Origin: a virus
Lineage: Duplodnaviria; Caudoviricetes
DNA: 56,386 nucleotides
IMG/VR virus record: IMGVR_UViG_3300025117_000077
Span: 1-56,386 of that record
Reading direction: 5' to 3' (one strand)
Shown: in pieces, positions 38,070 through 47,945 of the stretch
Position numbering within the stretch: position 1 is the stretch's first letter
How the letters are laid out: the number at the start of each line of letters is the position of its first letter
The notes under the pieces: model-generated
Told to the model about the DNA's origin: nothing
The model's database searches: none
The model's input: only the letters and a program-made list of their open reading frames with translations
Position numbers and translations under genes: made by a program

Positions 38070-38705
38070 ATGGACAAAACTTGGAAATTTCCTATTTATG
38101 ATGATAGCGGCACTTTAAAGCCTTATCTCGAAGTAGTGGAATGCAAGATTTGTGGTGTTAAATTTCCTGATAAAAAATGTCATAGGCGAACCTATTGTTC
38201 ATCGGAGTGCCAGCATGAGGACCAAAAAAGCAAAATGAATGCTGTTTGTGTAAATTGTGGAGAAATTTATTCTTATGAAAAATCTTCACGGTGGGGTTTG
38301 TTTTGCTCCAATAAATGTCATCATGAATGGAGACGTAAGAGAGAACTGGTACAATGTCTTTATTGTGGGAAGGAATTTATTGATAAGGTTAGTTCTCACC
38401 GTAAGTTCTGTTCCCTTAAGTGTTTTAAGGCACATCATGTTCTTGAAAATCATCATTGGTGGAAGGGCGGGGTGTTTGTTAAAAAGTATATATCGGTGCG
38501 GAAGCCCTACCATTCAAGATCGAGAGACGGCTATGTCTATGAGCATCTTTTAGTGATGGAGGAAAAGTTAGGACGGCCAGTAAAATTGGGCGAGATAGTC
38601 CATCATATAAATGGTGATCCTCTGGACAACCGAAGTGAAAATTTAATGTTAATCAATAACCAAGCCGATCATGCCTATTATCACAGGACTGGTCGGTTTA
38701 GATAA
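38070..38705 (+). CDS. HNH homing endonuclease with repeated CxxC...FCSxxC zinc modules
   Basis: YVYEHLLVME..LGR...VHHINGDPLDNRSENL. Start moved from 37902. Confidence 0.8.
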   Translation: MDKTWKFPIYDDSGTLKPYLEVVECKICGVKFPDKKCHRRTYCSSECQHEDQKSKMNAVCVNCGEIYSYEKSSRWGLFCSNKCHHEWRRKRELVQCLYCGKEFIDKVSSHRKFCSLKCFKAHHVLENHHWWKGGVFVKKYISVRKPYHSRSRDGYVYEHLLVMEEKLGRPVKLGEIVHHINGDPLDNRSENLMLINNQADHAYYHRTGRFR

Positions 38706-38726
38706 CTTTTCAGGAGGTAAGCTAAG

Positions 38727-39218
38727 ATGTCTAAATATTCTGACGAAAAATATGGTGTTGTTGAACGCCATTGGTTCGGATTAACCAAGAAGTTCGGAGG
38801 TGATGCCGCCAGTGGTTTCACTTTCGGCACAACGGATGCGACGAGCGTGAATCAGGTAACTCGTTTTTATCCGAAAGGCCCTATCCGAATGTTAAAATTC
38901 GGGTACATAACCCTTGGGACTGTTTCTGGTGGTGGAACCGGAATGGATGTTATCCCCTTACGGTTAAGGGTAAACGGTAGCAATGAGTCTTCTACCATTA
39001 ACATTCCTACCGCCGCCATCAATTATGCTATTGGGTCCACGGAAACCTTCACCAATCCGGTTGTTGATGCCGGTTCGTACATCGACATCATTACCGGAAC
39101 CCCCCAAACTGCCGATGGAACTGCCGCTAATGCGGCCACCTCTTCGGGGACCGTTTCGTTTTTCTTGGATTATGTGCGTGAGTACGCAAGCGGTTGGGAC
39201 CGGGAAGATTACAGCTAA
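38727..39218 (+). CDS. Ser/Thr/Gly-rich virion protein, probable capsid decoration
   Basis: Same SD context as the MCP (caggaggtaa); followed by a strong hairpin. Confidence 0.5.
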   Translation: MSKYSDEKYGVVERHWFGLTKKFGGDAASGFTFGTTDATSVNQVTRFYPKGPIRMLKFGYITLGTVSGGGTGMDVIPLRLRVNGSNESSTINIPTAAINYAIGSTETFTNPVVDAGSYIDIITGTPQTADGTAANAATSSGTVSFFLDYVREYASGWDREDYS

Positions 39219-39228
39219 CCTTTAACCG

Positions 39229-39262
39229 GGTATGGTGGGGGGACACCGCCTCTCACCATACC
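39229..39262 (+). terminator. Stem-loop after the capsid genes
   Basis: GGTATGGTGGGGGG-acaccg-CCTCTCACCATACC, 14 bp stem, weak U-tract. Confidence 0.55.
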
Positions 39263-39295
39263 TAATCTTTAGATGGGAATTAGAGGGGAGAGGGA

Positions 39296-40351
39296 ATGAA
39301 AATAGTGATGGTAAGCAACCACAACTGCATAAGAGTCCATAAGGAGTCATTGCCTATAATGGACTTAGGGAATGAGGTTCACTTGATCGCCAAAAAGCAG
39401 GTGGGTTTTTCTGAATTTTATAAAACATTTATTCATTATTCAGACATAGGCCAATGTATCGAAGGGATAAAACTTCATCCTGATGCCGATATTTTCCATT
39501 GCCACAATGAACCGTCTTGGTTTGTTTCCGCAGTTAAAGAGGTATTCCCTAATAAGCCGGTTGTCCTTGATGTTCACGATACGTTTTTAACCCGGTCAAC
39601 AAGTGAAGAAGCAGATGAAGCTATGTCTAAAGGATTGCCTCACGTTAGAGTTACTACCGAGGAACGCAATAATTTTCAATTAGCAGACGCATTAGTATTC
39701 GTTTCCGATGCAGTCAGGGACGCAACGGTTGAGGAATTTGATTTAAAGCAAAAAAAAATAGTTCTTCCTTCTTATGTCCCGGCTACGCTGTTCCAGTACC
39801 ACACAAAAGAATGGATGGGTGGATTGGTCTACGAAGGACGGGTTACTTTGCCAGAGGAAAACCAGGGATTAAACCTTAATACCGGGGCATACTATTGTGA
39901 TTATCAGCAGGTAGCCGGGGCCGCCAAAGAAATAGGTATCGACTTTCATGTCTATGCTGGCAGGGAAGACGAGGCTTTCAAGAAAGCCTATTCGGAAATT
40001 TCTTTTATCCATCCGGGATATGATTTTAGAAATCTTTTGCGCCAGATAAGCAGACACGATTGGGGGTTGGTTGGAAACTTAATTAACAGCCCACAATGGA
40101 ACATGACACTTCCCAATAAATTATTTGATTACATGGCTTCTGGTATTCCTTCGGTTTGTATAAACGCATCCTCTTCGTCGGAAGTAGTTGAGGGCCGCAA
40201 AATAGGTATAACCGTGGCATCCTTACCTGAATTGGCAGAAAGGTGGTCCGAACACAGAGAATGCAGAAATAATCTTTGGAAGGTACGCAAAGGATTAAGC
40301 ATGGAAGCCAATATAGGAAGTCTGGTTGAATTATATAAGGGGCTTTTATGA
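39296..40351 (+). CDS. Glycosyltransferase, GT-B/GT4-like
   Basis: ADIFHCHN, VVLDVHD, LPNKLFDYMASGIP. Confidence 0.85.
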   Translation: MKIVMVSNHNCIRVHKESLPIMDLGNEVHLIAKKQVGFSEFYKTFIHYSDIGQCIEGIKLHPDADIFHCHNEPSWFVSAVKEVFPNKPVVLDVHDTFLTRSTSEEADEAMSKGLPHVRVTTEERNNFQLADALVFVSDAVRDATVEEFDLKQKKIVLPSYVPATLFQYHTKEWMGGLVYEGRVTLPEENQGLNLNTGAYYCDYQQVAGAAKEIGIDFHVYAGREDEAFKKAYSEISFIHPGYDFRNLLRQISRHDWGLVGNLINSPQWNMTLPNKLFDYMASGIPSVCINASSSSEVVEGRKIGITVASLPELAERWSEHRECRNNLWKVRKGLSMEANIGSLVELYKGLL

Positions 40352-40950
40352 GAGACAGCGAATCGGCCTATTGGGACTCTGAGGCTAAAATAAAACTTGA
40401 AAAAAGCAGAGATAATGTTTGGAAGAGGGCCGCAATAGCAAGCAGGATTTTTTCAATTCCCTGGCACAATGCAAGAGTTTTAGAAATAGGGGCAGGTCAG
40501 GCGGCCATTGCAGCCGCTTTAAAATTTATTTATCTTAATAATTTGAAGTATGTGGGAACTGATGTTTCAAAAATGTATTGCGACTACTGTAAAGAACGTC
40601 TCGGGATGAATATGATTCACACCGACATTCTTGCACTCCCCAAAATTGATGGGGGATTTACGAGGGTAATCGCCCTTGACAGCCTTGAACATATTAGACC
40701 TGAAGACAGGGAACAAGGCTACAAAAACATTGGGAACGTTATAGCCGAAGATGCCACGATGGTTATCAATATGCCGTTGAATGAATCGTATCATGATCCT
40801 CAGTTTGATTATATGTTTGGAGTAAATGACGTTGCCAGGTTATGTGAACTCGCAAAAATGGAGGTTGTCTCCTGGGAAACATATAATATTAATGCCCCAA
40901 GTGGAAAGGCTTTTTATGGGTGGATTGTATTGCAGAAAGGTCTTGGATGA
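40348..40950 (+). CDS. Class I SAM-dependent methyltransferase
   Basis: VLEIGAGQ, GTDVS, DSLEHI. Confidence 0.85.
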   Translation: MRDSESAYWDSEAKIKLEKSRDNVWKRAAIASRIFSIPWHNARVLEIGAGQAAIAAALKFIYLNNLKYVGTDVSKMYCDYCKERLGMNMIHTDILALPKIDGGFTRVIALDSLEHIRPEDREQGYKNIGNVIAEDATMVINMPLNESYHDPQFDYMFGVNDVARLCELAKMEVVSWETYNINAPSGKAFYGWIVLQKGLG

Positions 40951-41924
40951 GAGCCCCAAACTTAGATGAAATTCTGATCGGCGCAAGTCCTAAACGGTAT
41001 ATTTGTGAAATACATCGGGAGTTATACGATCTTGTTGATAAGAGTGAATTAAACGGGGATAAAGAATCTTTCCTAAATCTGATTGCCGAAGCCTATTGGT
41101 CGGGGAAGCGGATGAGCGAACGGTTAAGCGATTTAAAGAAGGGATGGCAAAACGAAGAAGACTGGGGGGATAATTTAGACTACAACGAGGACTTGGTGCG
41201 AAGAGCCACCAGAATGAATCTACTTAGAAATGTAAAGTCGGTCAACATAGAAACCATTGATTATTGTAACAGGAAGTGCGATTGGTGTCCAAATAAGAAC
41301 AGGGAAACATCCCCCGAAAATTTAATGACCTGGGAAACCATTAGAAGGGTTATCAGGCAACTCTTAGAATATCAATACGCCGGGGACATTCATCTATTTC
41401 TTAACGGCGAACCATCCTTGGACGAGCGCATAATTAAAATAGTTAGTTTAGCAAAGACCTTCTTACCTAAAAACTATATTCGGATTGTAAGTAATGGGTC
41501 CGGCTTTGATTATGATAAGGTCAGCAATCTGTTTAAGGCGGGTCTTAATTCTTTGCACATTAATCACTATGACGGGCCGCTGTCCGACAAAGGTAAACTG
41601 AGAGATGAAGATTTTCCGGGAATGTCTCATTTTGGGATGAAGACCCTGTTGCCTACATTTTATAACAGGGCCGGGAAAGTTAATTATACACCAGAAAACA
41701 AAGCCAAAAGGTGTCTAAATTTTAACAACAAATTGGTTTTTAATTGGAAGGGGGACTTGATTCTTTGTTGTTCTGATTTTAATAGCGAGGTTGTTTTCGG
41801 AAACATTAACGAACAGCCGCTAAGTATTATTCTGGCTTCAAAAAAATACCGTGAATACTATTATGCGCACAGGGAGGGGAAGGCAAAAACTTTGCCTTTG
41901 TGTGAGAAATGCAACTTAATATGA
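40947..41924 (+). CDS. Radical SAM protein with SPASM/twitch domain
   Basis: CNRKCDWC, NGEP, SNG; C-terminal C...GDLILCC.D...GNI...CEKC. Confidence 0.9.
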   Translation: MRAPNLDEILIGASPKRYICEIHRELYDLVDKSELNGDKESFLNLIAEAYWSGKRMSERLSDLKKGWQNEEDWGDNLDYNEDLVRRATRMNLLRNVKSVNIETIDYCNRKCDWCPNKNRETSPENLMTWETIRRVIRQLLEYQYAGDIHLFLNGEPSLDERIIKIVSLAKTFLPKNYIRIVSNGSGFDYDKVSNLFKAGLNSLHINHYDGPLSDKGKLRDEDFPGMSHFGMKTLLPTFYNRAGKVNYTPENKAKRCLNFNNKLVFNWKGDLILCCSDFNSEVVFGNINEQPLSIILASKKYREYYYAHREGKAKTLPLCEKCNLI

Positions 41925-41937
41925 GGGGAAGGGTAAA

Positions 41938-42915
41938 ATGAAAATATTAATTATTGATTATCCCTGGAACAAGACATGGCTCCCGCTTTATGCGAAGGCC
42001 ATTAACGAATTGGGTCATGAGGTTGCCGTGTGGGACGGAAAGGGTGAAGTTACTCTCCAACACATACCGGATGTTGTTTTATGCACCTGGGCTGACCGAG
42101 ATTTTACGGAGATGTTTCCGAACTCTCGCCATATTCTTATGATGAGGAGATTTGAATTTTATCATGCTCCCTGGATCAATTATAAATGGGACAAAGTATC
42201 GGCGTTGATTTGTTGTAACCCCTGGATTGCTAATCAGGTCAGGATGGGATTACCGGACCACAAGGATAAGATCCACTATATTCCTAACCCAATCTCTCCT
42301 TCCTCCTGGACCTACATGGATAGGGGGCACGGTAAAAAGATAGGCATGGTGGGGCGGATTCATTCGGTTAAAAATTATCCATTAGCCGCTCAAATTCTCA
42401 TGGCACTCCCCGACGATTATGAACTCCATATTGCCGGGGAAAGAAATGACTCCTGGATTGAAATTTATCTGCGGGAATTGAAATTAAAAAACTTATTCCT
42501 TCATGGGCCGATACAGCATAGCGACCTTGACAGGTGGTGGGAAGATAAAAACTATTGCCTGTCTACGGCCACCTCTGAGGGTGATCCCATGTTTGTATTA
42601 GAAGCTATGTCTAAAGGGATTAAACCAATTATTCATGAATGGCCGGGAGCCAAAGAAATGTATCCGGTAGGCTGGACCTTTGACAGTATTGAAAGGGCCA
42701 AAGAGATAATTTTGTCAAGCCAATATGATTCAAGACAATACAGAACTTTTATTGAGAAACACAGACCAGTAGTGCTTGCTGACAAAGTGGCTGATATAAC
42801 CTGTAACATTGGCATCCTGGGCGGCAGTGAACCCTCTAATCTGTCGCCATCCCAGGGGGGGCGGGTTCCCTTCCCTCCCCGCTCCCCCATTACTTTTCAA
42901 GAGGTAAGAGTATGA
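41938..42915 (+). CDS. Glycosyltransferase, GT4-like
   Basis: IPNPI, VGRIHSVKNY, SEGDPMFVLEAMSKG (EX7E). Confidence 0.85.
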   Translation: MKILIIDYPWNKTWLPLYAKAINELGHEVAVWDGKGEVTLQHIPDVVLCTWADRDFTEMFPNSRHILMMRRFEFYHAPWINYKWDKVSALICCNPWIANQVRMGLPDHKDKIHYIPNPISPSSWTYMDRGHGKKIGMVGRIHSVKNYPLAAQILMALPDDYELHIAGERNDSWIEIYLRELKLKNLFLHGPIQHSDLDRWWEDKNYCLSTATSEGDPMFVLEAMSKGIKPIIHEWPGAKEMYPVGWTFDSIERAKEIILSSQYDSRQYRTFIEKHRPVVLADKVADITCNIGILGGSEPSNLSPSQGGRVPFPPRSPITFQEVRV

Positions 42916-42943
42916 AAATAGATGCCACTATTTTGAGGTTGGA

Positions 42944-43537
42944 ATGATGCAGATAAACGACTTTTGGGAAGAAGAATGGAATAAGCGTATCCTGGGTGAT
43001 GGGACAGTTAAGTTCAATGTTGGCAAGGCGGAGAAGATATTGGGGAACCTAAAGGGTAGAGAATATTTTAAGCCACATAAAATTCTTGATATAGGTTGCG
43101 GCCCAGCGTTCCATGCCATAAGAATTTTACAAGATGACCCAACTTATAAAAACAGATGGTATGGAATTGATTTGGCGCAAAATGCCGTTCAGTTTTTTCA
43201 GGAACAAGGTCTTCAGGGAGAATGCGGGAGTATTTATAACTTTAACCCTAACGGCAATAAATTTGGCATATTCCTGTTGCTCGACACCCTTGAACATATA
43301 ATGGACAGAGATAGACTGGCAGGTAAGATAAAAGAATTAGCGGAACAAAAATATATCATTTTCGGGAACATCCCCCTTTATACGGACAAAGTAAACGGGG
43401 GGGCGGGCTTTGAGAATCCGATGGACATAGGTATTTTAAAAAAGTTTATGAAGGATGCCGGGATACCGGAATTTGACTACCTTGTTTATGGCATTTATGG
43501 TTGGCCATACATGATGTTTGAGGGAAAAGTTTTATGA
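42944..43537 (+). CDS. Class I SAM-dependent methyltransferase
   Basis: ILDIGCG, GIDL, DTLEHI. Confidence 0.85.
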   Translation: MMQINDFWEEEWNKRILGDGTVKFNVGKAEKILGNLKGREYFKPHKILDIGCGPAFHAIRILQDDPTYKNRWYGIDLAQNAVQFFQEQGLQGECGSIYNFNPNGNKFGIFLLLDTLEHIMDRDRLAGKIKELAEQKYIIFGNIPLYTDKVNGGAGFENPMDIGILKKFMKDAGIPEFDYLVYGIYGWPYMMFEGKVL

Positions 43538-44106
43538 CCTGGACAAATCCAAAAGGAGAATATGTTTCTGAGACAGCCAAGTGCCGTTTTAGGCTTATCC
43601 CCTACTGCCTTGGAGTAGGACTCGACATAGGTTGCGGGATAGATAAGATACGGGTTGAGGCCATTGGCATTGATATTGACGGAACAGGGGATTTAAACTT
43701 TGACGTTAATCGGGGCCTGGACATTTTAGCCGACGAATCATTTGACTATGTGTTTAGCTCCCATTGTCTTGAGGACTTGGAGTACCCCGAGATTTCCCTG
43801 AAGGACTGGTGGAGCAAGATCAAAGTCGGAGGTCACTTGGTGCTGTATCTCCCCCATAAGGACTTTTATCCGAATGTCGGTCAGGAAGGGTGCAACACCA
43901 AGCATAAACATGACTTACTGCCGGAGGACATTATAACGATGATGGATAAATTCGCCTGCTCCATCGTCCTTCATCAAAAGATATGCTTCGAGAAAGATGA
44001 GTATAGCTTTGAGTTTGTTTTTAAGAAGCTGTCTAATTTTAAGATAAGGGCCGAGTTTATCAACTATCAATCCAAAGCCATTAACTTTGATTGGAAAAGC
44101 GTATGA
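43534..44106 (+). CDS. Class I SAM-dependent methyltransferase
   Basis: GLDIGCG, FDYVFSSHCLED, IKVGGHLVLYLP. Confidence 0.85.
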   Translation: MTWTNPKGEYVSETAKCRFRLIPYCLGVGLDIGCGIDKIRVEAIGIDIDGTGDLNFDVNRGLDILADESFDYVFSSHCLEDLEYPEISLKDWWSKIKVGGHLVLYLPHKDFYPNVGQEGCNTKHKHDLLPEDIITMMDKFACSIVLHQKICFEKDEYSFEFVFKKLSNFKIRAEFINYQSKAINFDWKSV

Positions 44107-45209
44107 AGCGGGTCATGGTGCATAGGTACGGAGGTCACGGGGACCACATAATCGGCAGTCCTTTATTCAAGAGACTGAAACGGGATGGCTTTGAAACAAC
44201 CTTAAATACAACGTCCCGGGCCTTTGCAAGTATCAAGAACTCCCCCTATATCGACAGGGTTCTTTTGCAGGAAGACGACCTTATTCCAAGGAACAGGCTT
44301 GGCGATTATTGGGATGCCATAGGAGAAGGTTACGACAAGGTGGTTAATCTCTCTGAAACCCTTGAAGTTAAATTCTTGTTTCACCCCAGAACTCCAGAGT
44401 ATGCACTTCCGGTTGAGAAGCGGAGGGAACTATCGGGAGGGGCTAATTATTACGACTATGTTCTACAACACGCCGGTTATACCGATATTGAGGCTCCCGT
44501 AGGCGAGCTTTACCCGGATGAACTTGAGGTAGCCTTAATGAGTACCTTCAGGAAGAAATTCAAGGGTAAATTCCTCATTCTTTGGTGTCTGTCTGGGTCT
44601 GCTATGCACAAGGCATGGCTGAGGGCTGAAGAAACGGCCATTACCTTTCTGGCACGGCACAAGGACGTTATTATTATCACCATTGGGGATTACTTTACCA
44701 AGATGATCGACTTTGCTCAGTGGTCCCCTCCCGGCAGGGTATTAAGCCAGGTTGGAGAATGGGATGTACGGACCTCTATGCTTATGACCAACTATGTTGA
44801 CTTGGTTGTATCTCCTGAAACAAGCATCCTGAATGCCGCGGGGTGCTACGATACTCCAAAGATAGGGTTGTTGACCCATTCCAACAAGACGAACCTGACG
44901 AAGCATTTCAAGAACGACTACTCGCTCCAGGCCGAAACGGAATGCTCCCCATGCCACAGGATGATTTATATGGACAATTTCAAGACGGATTGTCCCTTGC
45001 TCGGTGGTGGTAAGGAGAAGATAGGTTTCGATACTTGTGCCTGTGCGGACGGCTTCTCGGTAGACAGGGTATTAAGGAACATGGAGAAAGTCTATCAGAT
45101 ATGGAAGTCCGGGCATAACACGGTTCAATTTACCAAGCCGGAGAAACCCATTGTTCTTTATGGGCCAGCCGGACAGAAGGTTTATCAGTCCAATGCGGTT
45201 TTGCAATAG
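44103..45209 (+). CDS. Glycosyltransferase family 9 (heptosyltransferase-like)
   Basis: RYGGHGDHI, HKAW, LVVSPETSILNAAG, CSPCHR...C. Confidence 0.8.
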   Translation: MKRVMVHRYGGHGDHIIGSPLFKRLKRDGFETTLNTTSRAFASIKNSPYIDRVLLQEDDLIPRNRLGDYWDAIGEGYDKVVNLSETLEVKFLFHPRTPEYALPVEKRRELSGGANYYDYVLQHAGYTDIEAPVGELYPDELEVALMSTFRKKFKGKFLILWCLSGSAMHKAWLRAEETAITFLARHKDVIIITIGDYFTKMIDFAQWSPPGRVLSQVGEWDVRTSMLMTNYVDLVVSPETSILNAAGCYDTPKIGLLTHSNKTNLTKHFKNDYSLQAETECSPCHRMIYMDNFKTDCPLLGGGKEKIGFDTCACADGFSVDRVLRNMEKVYQIWKSGHNTVQFTKPEKPIVLYGPAGQKVYQSNAVLQ

Positions 45210-45218
45210 GTATGTAAA

Positions 45219-45749
45219 ATGGACAAACAATTAATAAACATGATATTGGCAGATTTGCTTTTTGGCCGTTCGGGACAAAATGAAAGCGGTGTCCTGTCTG
45301 ACCAAAAAATGCGTTCTATCCTGGGAGCCAATATAGATAAAAATTTTGTCCAGAGGCTACTTAATCCTTCTATATTTCCAGTAGTTCAAAGACCGGAACT
45401 TGGGCCTAATACTGCCTCGACACATTTAATGGCTTCAAACGGCAATACGGTTTTTCCTTGGATTACACAGAATCCAGTTACGGGAGAACTGGAAATGGCT
45501 TCAGAACCCCGATCCCCTTCTATCCCGTATGATTGGCGACAGGCGCAGAAAGTAGCAGAAAGCAGGGGAGATACAATAAATTTCGATAATGAAGATGAAG
45601 CTATACATTTTGGCGAAAATTACAAGCGTGTGTTAGATCAATTTGCAAATCTGCCGTACAATTATAATGAAAAACAAACTTTACCAGAAATTATTCCGAA
45701 TACTGACAATGATATATTAAATAGCTTGATGTTGCTTAATCAAAAATAA
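45219..45749 (+). CDS. Hypothetical protein
   Basis: 176-aa ORF in the late operon. Confidence 0.6.
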   Translation: MDKQLINMILADLLFGRSGQNESGVLSDQKMRSILGANIDKNFVQRLLNPSIFPVVQRPELGPNTASTHLMASNGNTVFPWITQNPVTGELEMASEPRSPSIPYDWRQAQKVAESRGDTINFDNEDEAIHFGENYKRVLDQFANLPYNYNEKQTLPEIIPNTDNDILNSLMLLNQK

Positions 45750-45760
45750 GGAACAATAAA

Positions 45761-46420
45761 ATGGCAACAGTAGGAACCCTGAAAACAAGAGTCCTTTACG
45801 ACCTGAGTGATATCAGCCAAAACAACTATGTCGATGCGGAGATATGGATTCAGTTCAATAAGGGATTAAACTTCATAAGCAAAGAACTGGCTAAATTCGA
45901 TTCTAAGGTTGGGGTAGATAATACTACCCTGACCATAGCGGCAAGCGGAAACTCGGCCTCTCTCAACGCCGCATTCCTTAACTTTGTCGTTAATGAGAAA
46001 AGCGAACCCAAGGTGTTTAATGCTACCAATGATTACTCCCAAATGACTCAAGCCAAGGAATCGGATGTTGATTTATGGGAGCAGGAAGATTCAACAGATA
46101 CCGGAACCCCAAGCGAATTTTATCTCAGGGGCCTTACCTTCTATGTTCATCCTTGGGCCGATGTGGAAACGACCGTCAAGTACCACTACCATCCTATCAA
46201 GACCATAACCAATGATGCCTCTACGATGCCCTGGGACGGCTTATTTGACGAAGCTGTAGCTCATTTCGTAGTTCTTGCCCTTCGTACAAGGGATGAGCGT
46301 CTTAATATGGTGCAGATGGATTCTTTCCTGTTTGATGTTCTCAAGAGAGACGTTATGGATATCCTCTTCAAGCGGGAAGGTTTTACTATGAATTTCGCTG
46401 ATGGAGCCGGTTGGAATTAA
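45761..46420 (+). CDS. Head-tail adaptor / tail tubular protein A-like
   Basis: GTPSEFY...VHP..D; size and position before the nozzle. Confidence 0.65.
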   Translation: MATVGTLKTRVLYDLSDISQNNYVDAEIWIQFNKGLNFISKELAKFDSKVGVDNTTLTIAASGNSASLNAAFLNFVVNEKSEPKVFNATNDYSQMTQAKESDVDLWEQEDSTDTGTPSEFYLRGLTFYVHPWADVETTVKYHYHPIKTITNDASTMPWDGLFDEAVAHFVVLALRTRDERLNMVQMDSFLFDVLKRDVMDILFKREGFTMNFADGAGWN

Positions 46421-47935
46421 ATGAAGCCAATTAAGTTTAACATAAGAATGCCGAAGGACTGGCCACTGATTATATCTAAGCTGGATGGCGGGGTTAATTA
46501 TTCAGTCCCGGAAGATTCGATAAAAGACAGCGAACTCTCCGGGGCCTTGAATTATTTCTATGATCCCAACACCTACAGGCTTATGCACCGGCCTGGAGTT
46601 TCCCGGTATAGCGGAACTGTTTTGGCGGGATCAGGGACAGAACTTCAAATAAAGGGGAGCTTCTATTCCAGCATTCTGGATAAGGTTTTTATCGTTGCCA
46701 ACTCGGTCTTATATTACCTGGATTCAAGTAAAAATCCTCAGTCCATTGGAACCTTGAACGGGTCCGGATACCCATTCTTTCTCGACTTTAACGGCCAATG
46801 CCTTATTGCCAGCGGGGGAGTTTTGGAAACAACGGATGGTTTGCTTTTGGCCGATGTCTCCGGCGCTCCAATTTTATCCAAGATATTTACCAAGGATGGC
46901 CGGGTTTGGGGAACGGGGGATACTGCAAATCCACACAGAGTTTGGGGATCAGGGCCAGGGGATGAAACAGATTGGGATTCGGTCGGCGGGAATGCTGTTT
47001 ACTTTGACGTAGAACAAAATGTCGGGGACCGGGTGGTCAATGCCGATATTTATAAAAATAATGTCATAGTCTTTAAGGGGATTCAACAACGGGGCATTTT
47101 TGCCATTGTCGTTCCCCTGGGAGTTTATGCAGATGCCTATGTCCAGGAGATAAGCACCAAGAGTTCGGCCCTGAACATTCATTGTAGTATTGAAGAAGGG
47201 AACGACCTTCTGTTTCTTGATAATACCGGATTCAGGTCTTTGGTTGGAGTTCAACAATATGGTGATATCGAACAAGACCCGGTAGGCTATAAAATAAATT
47301 CTACACTTTTGCCTACTCTGGATAGCTCGTTCGCCTTTTTAGCCAGGAACCCTTACTATAATCAGGTTTTAATAAAATATGCTGATGTGCAGACCTGTTT
47401 TGTGTTTAATCCGACCAAGAAGTCATTCTTACCCATAGAGTTTACCAGTCTTAAACCCTATTCGGCCTGTTATATGGAGAACGACAAGACTTTCCTTATC
47501 GGTATGGATGATGGGTTTTTGTATAAGATGGAAACCTCTGTTTTTACGGATAACGGTGTAGCCGTTCCCGCCTTCTTTAAAACCAAGAAGTTTACCGGCA
47601 AAGTGGGGGGGAGTTTTCTTAAGGTTCTAAAGTCGGTCATTTTTGACTATGAGGGCTTAGCATCAGGGTCTGCCTCCCTGCAAGTCATTGTCAACGGTGG
47701 GGAGAAGACCGTTTCGCTTTCATCCATTACACCGGAGGCCGGTAGTGGTTTGCTCTTTGATGCAACCGGATACATTGATGCGGCCACAGGGCTTTTATAT
47801 GGAGAGAGTTTTTCGACTTCTTTTATCAATAAGTTTGTCAATTTTTATGACATTATCTTTTTGGTTTCCAATGACACGGGAGCGATAAGGTTTAATCGCT
47901 TGGAGGGACGATGTTCTACGTTGAAACGGAGATAG
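46421..47935 (+). CDS. Tail nozzle / stabilization protein (beta-propeller)
   Basis: GGVN...N...L..RPG start, propeller-like repeats, podovirus gene order. Confidence 0.7.
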   Translation: MKPIKFNIRMPKDWPLIISKLDGGVNYSVPEDSIKDSELSGALNYFYDPNTYRLMHRPGVSRYSGTVLAGSGTELQIKGSFYSSILDKVFIVANSVLYYLDSSKNPQSIGTLNGSGYPFFLDFNGQCLIASGGVLETTDGLLLADVSGAPILSKIFTKDGRVWGTGDTANPHRVWGSGPGDETDWDSVGGNAVYFDVEQNVGDRVVNADIYKNNVIVFKGIQQRGIFAIVVPLGVYADAYVQEISTKSSALNIHCSIEEGNDLLFLDNTGFRSLVGVQQYGDIEQDPVGYKINSTLLPTLDSSFAFLARNPYYNQVLIKYADVQTCFVFNPTKKSFLPIEFTSLKPYSACYMENDKTFLIGMDDGFLYKMETSVFTDNGVAVPAFFKTKKFTGKVGGSFLKVLKSVIFDYEGLASGSASLQVIVNGGEKTVSLSSITPEAGSGLLFDATGYIDAATGLLYGESFSTSFINKFVNFYDIIFLVSNDTGAIRFNRLEGRCSTLKRR

Positions 47936-47945
47936 GAGGTTAAAG

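Noticed and set aside
42811-42890. tRNA or tRNA-Sec
   Set aside because: No T-loop GTTCRA consensus or cloverleaf; only two hairpins.
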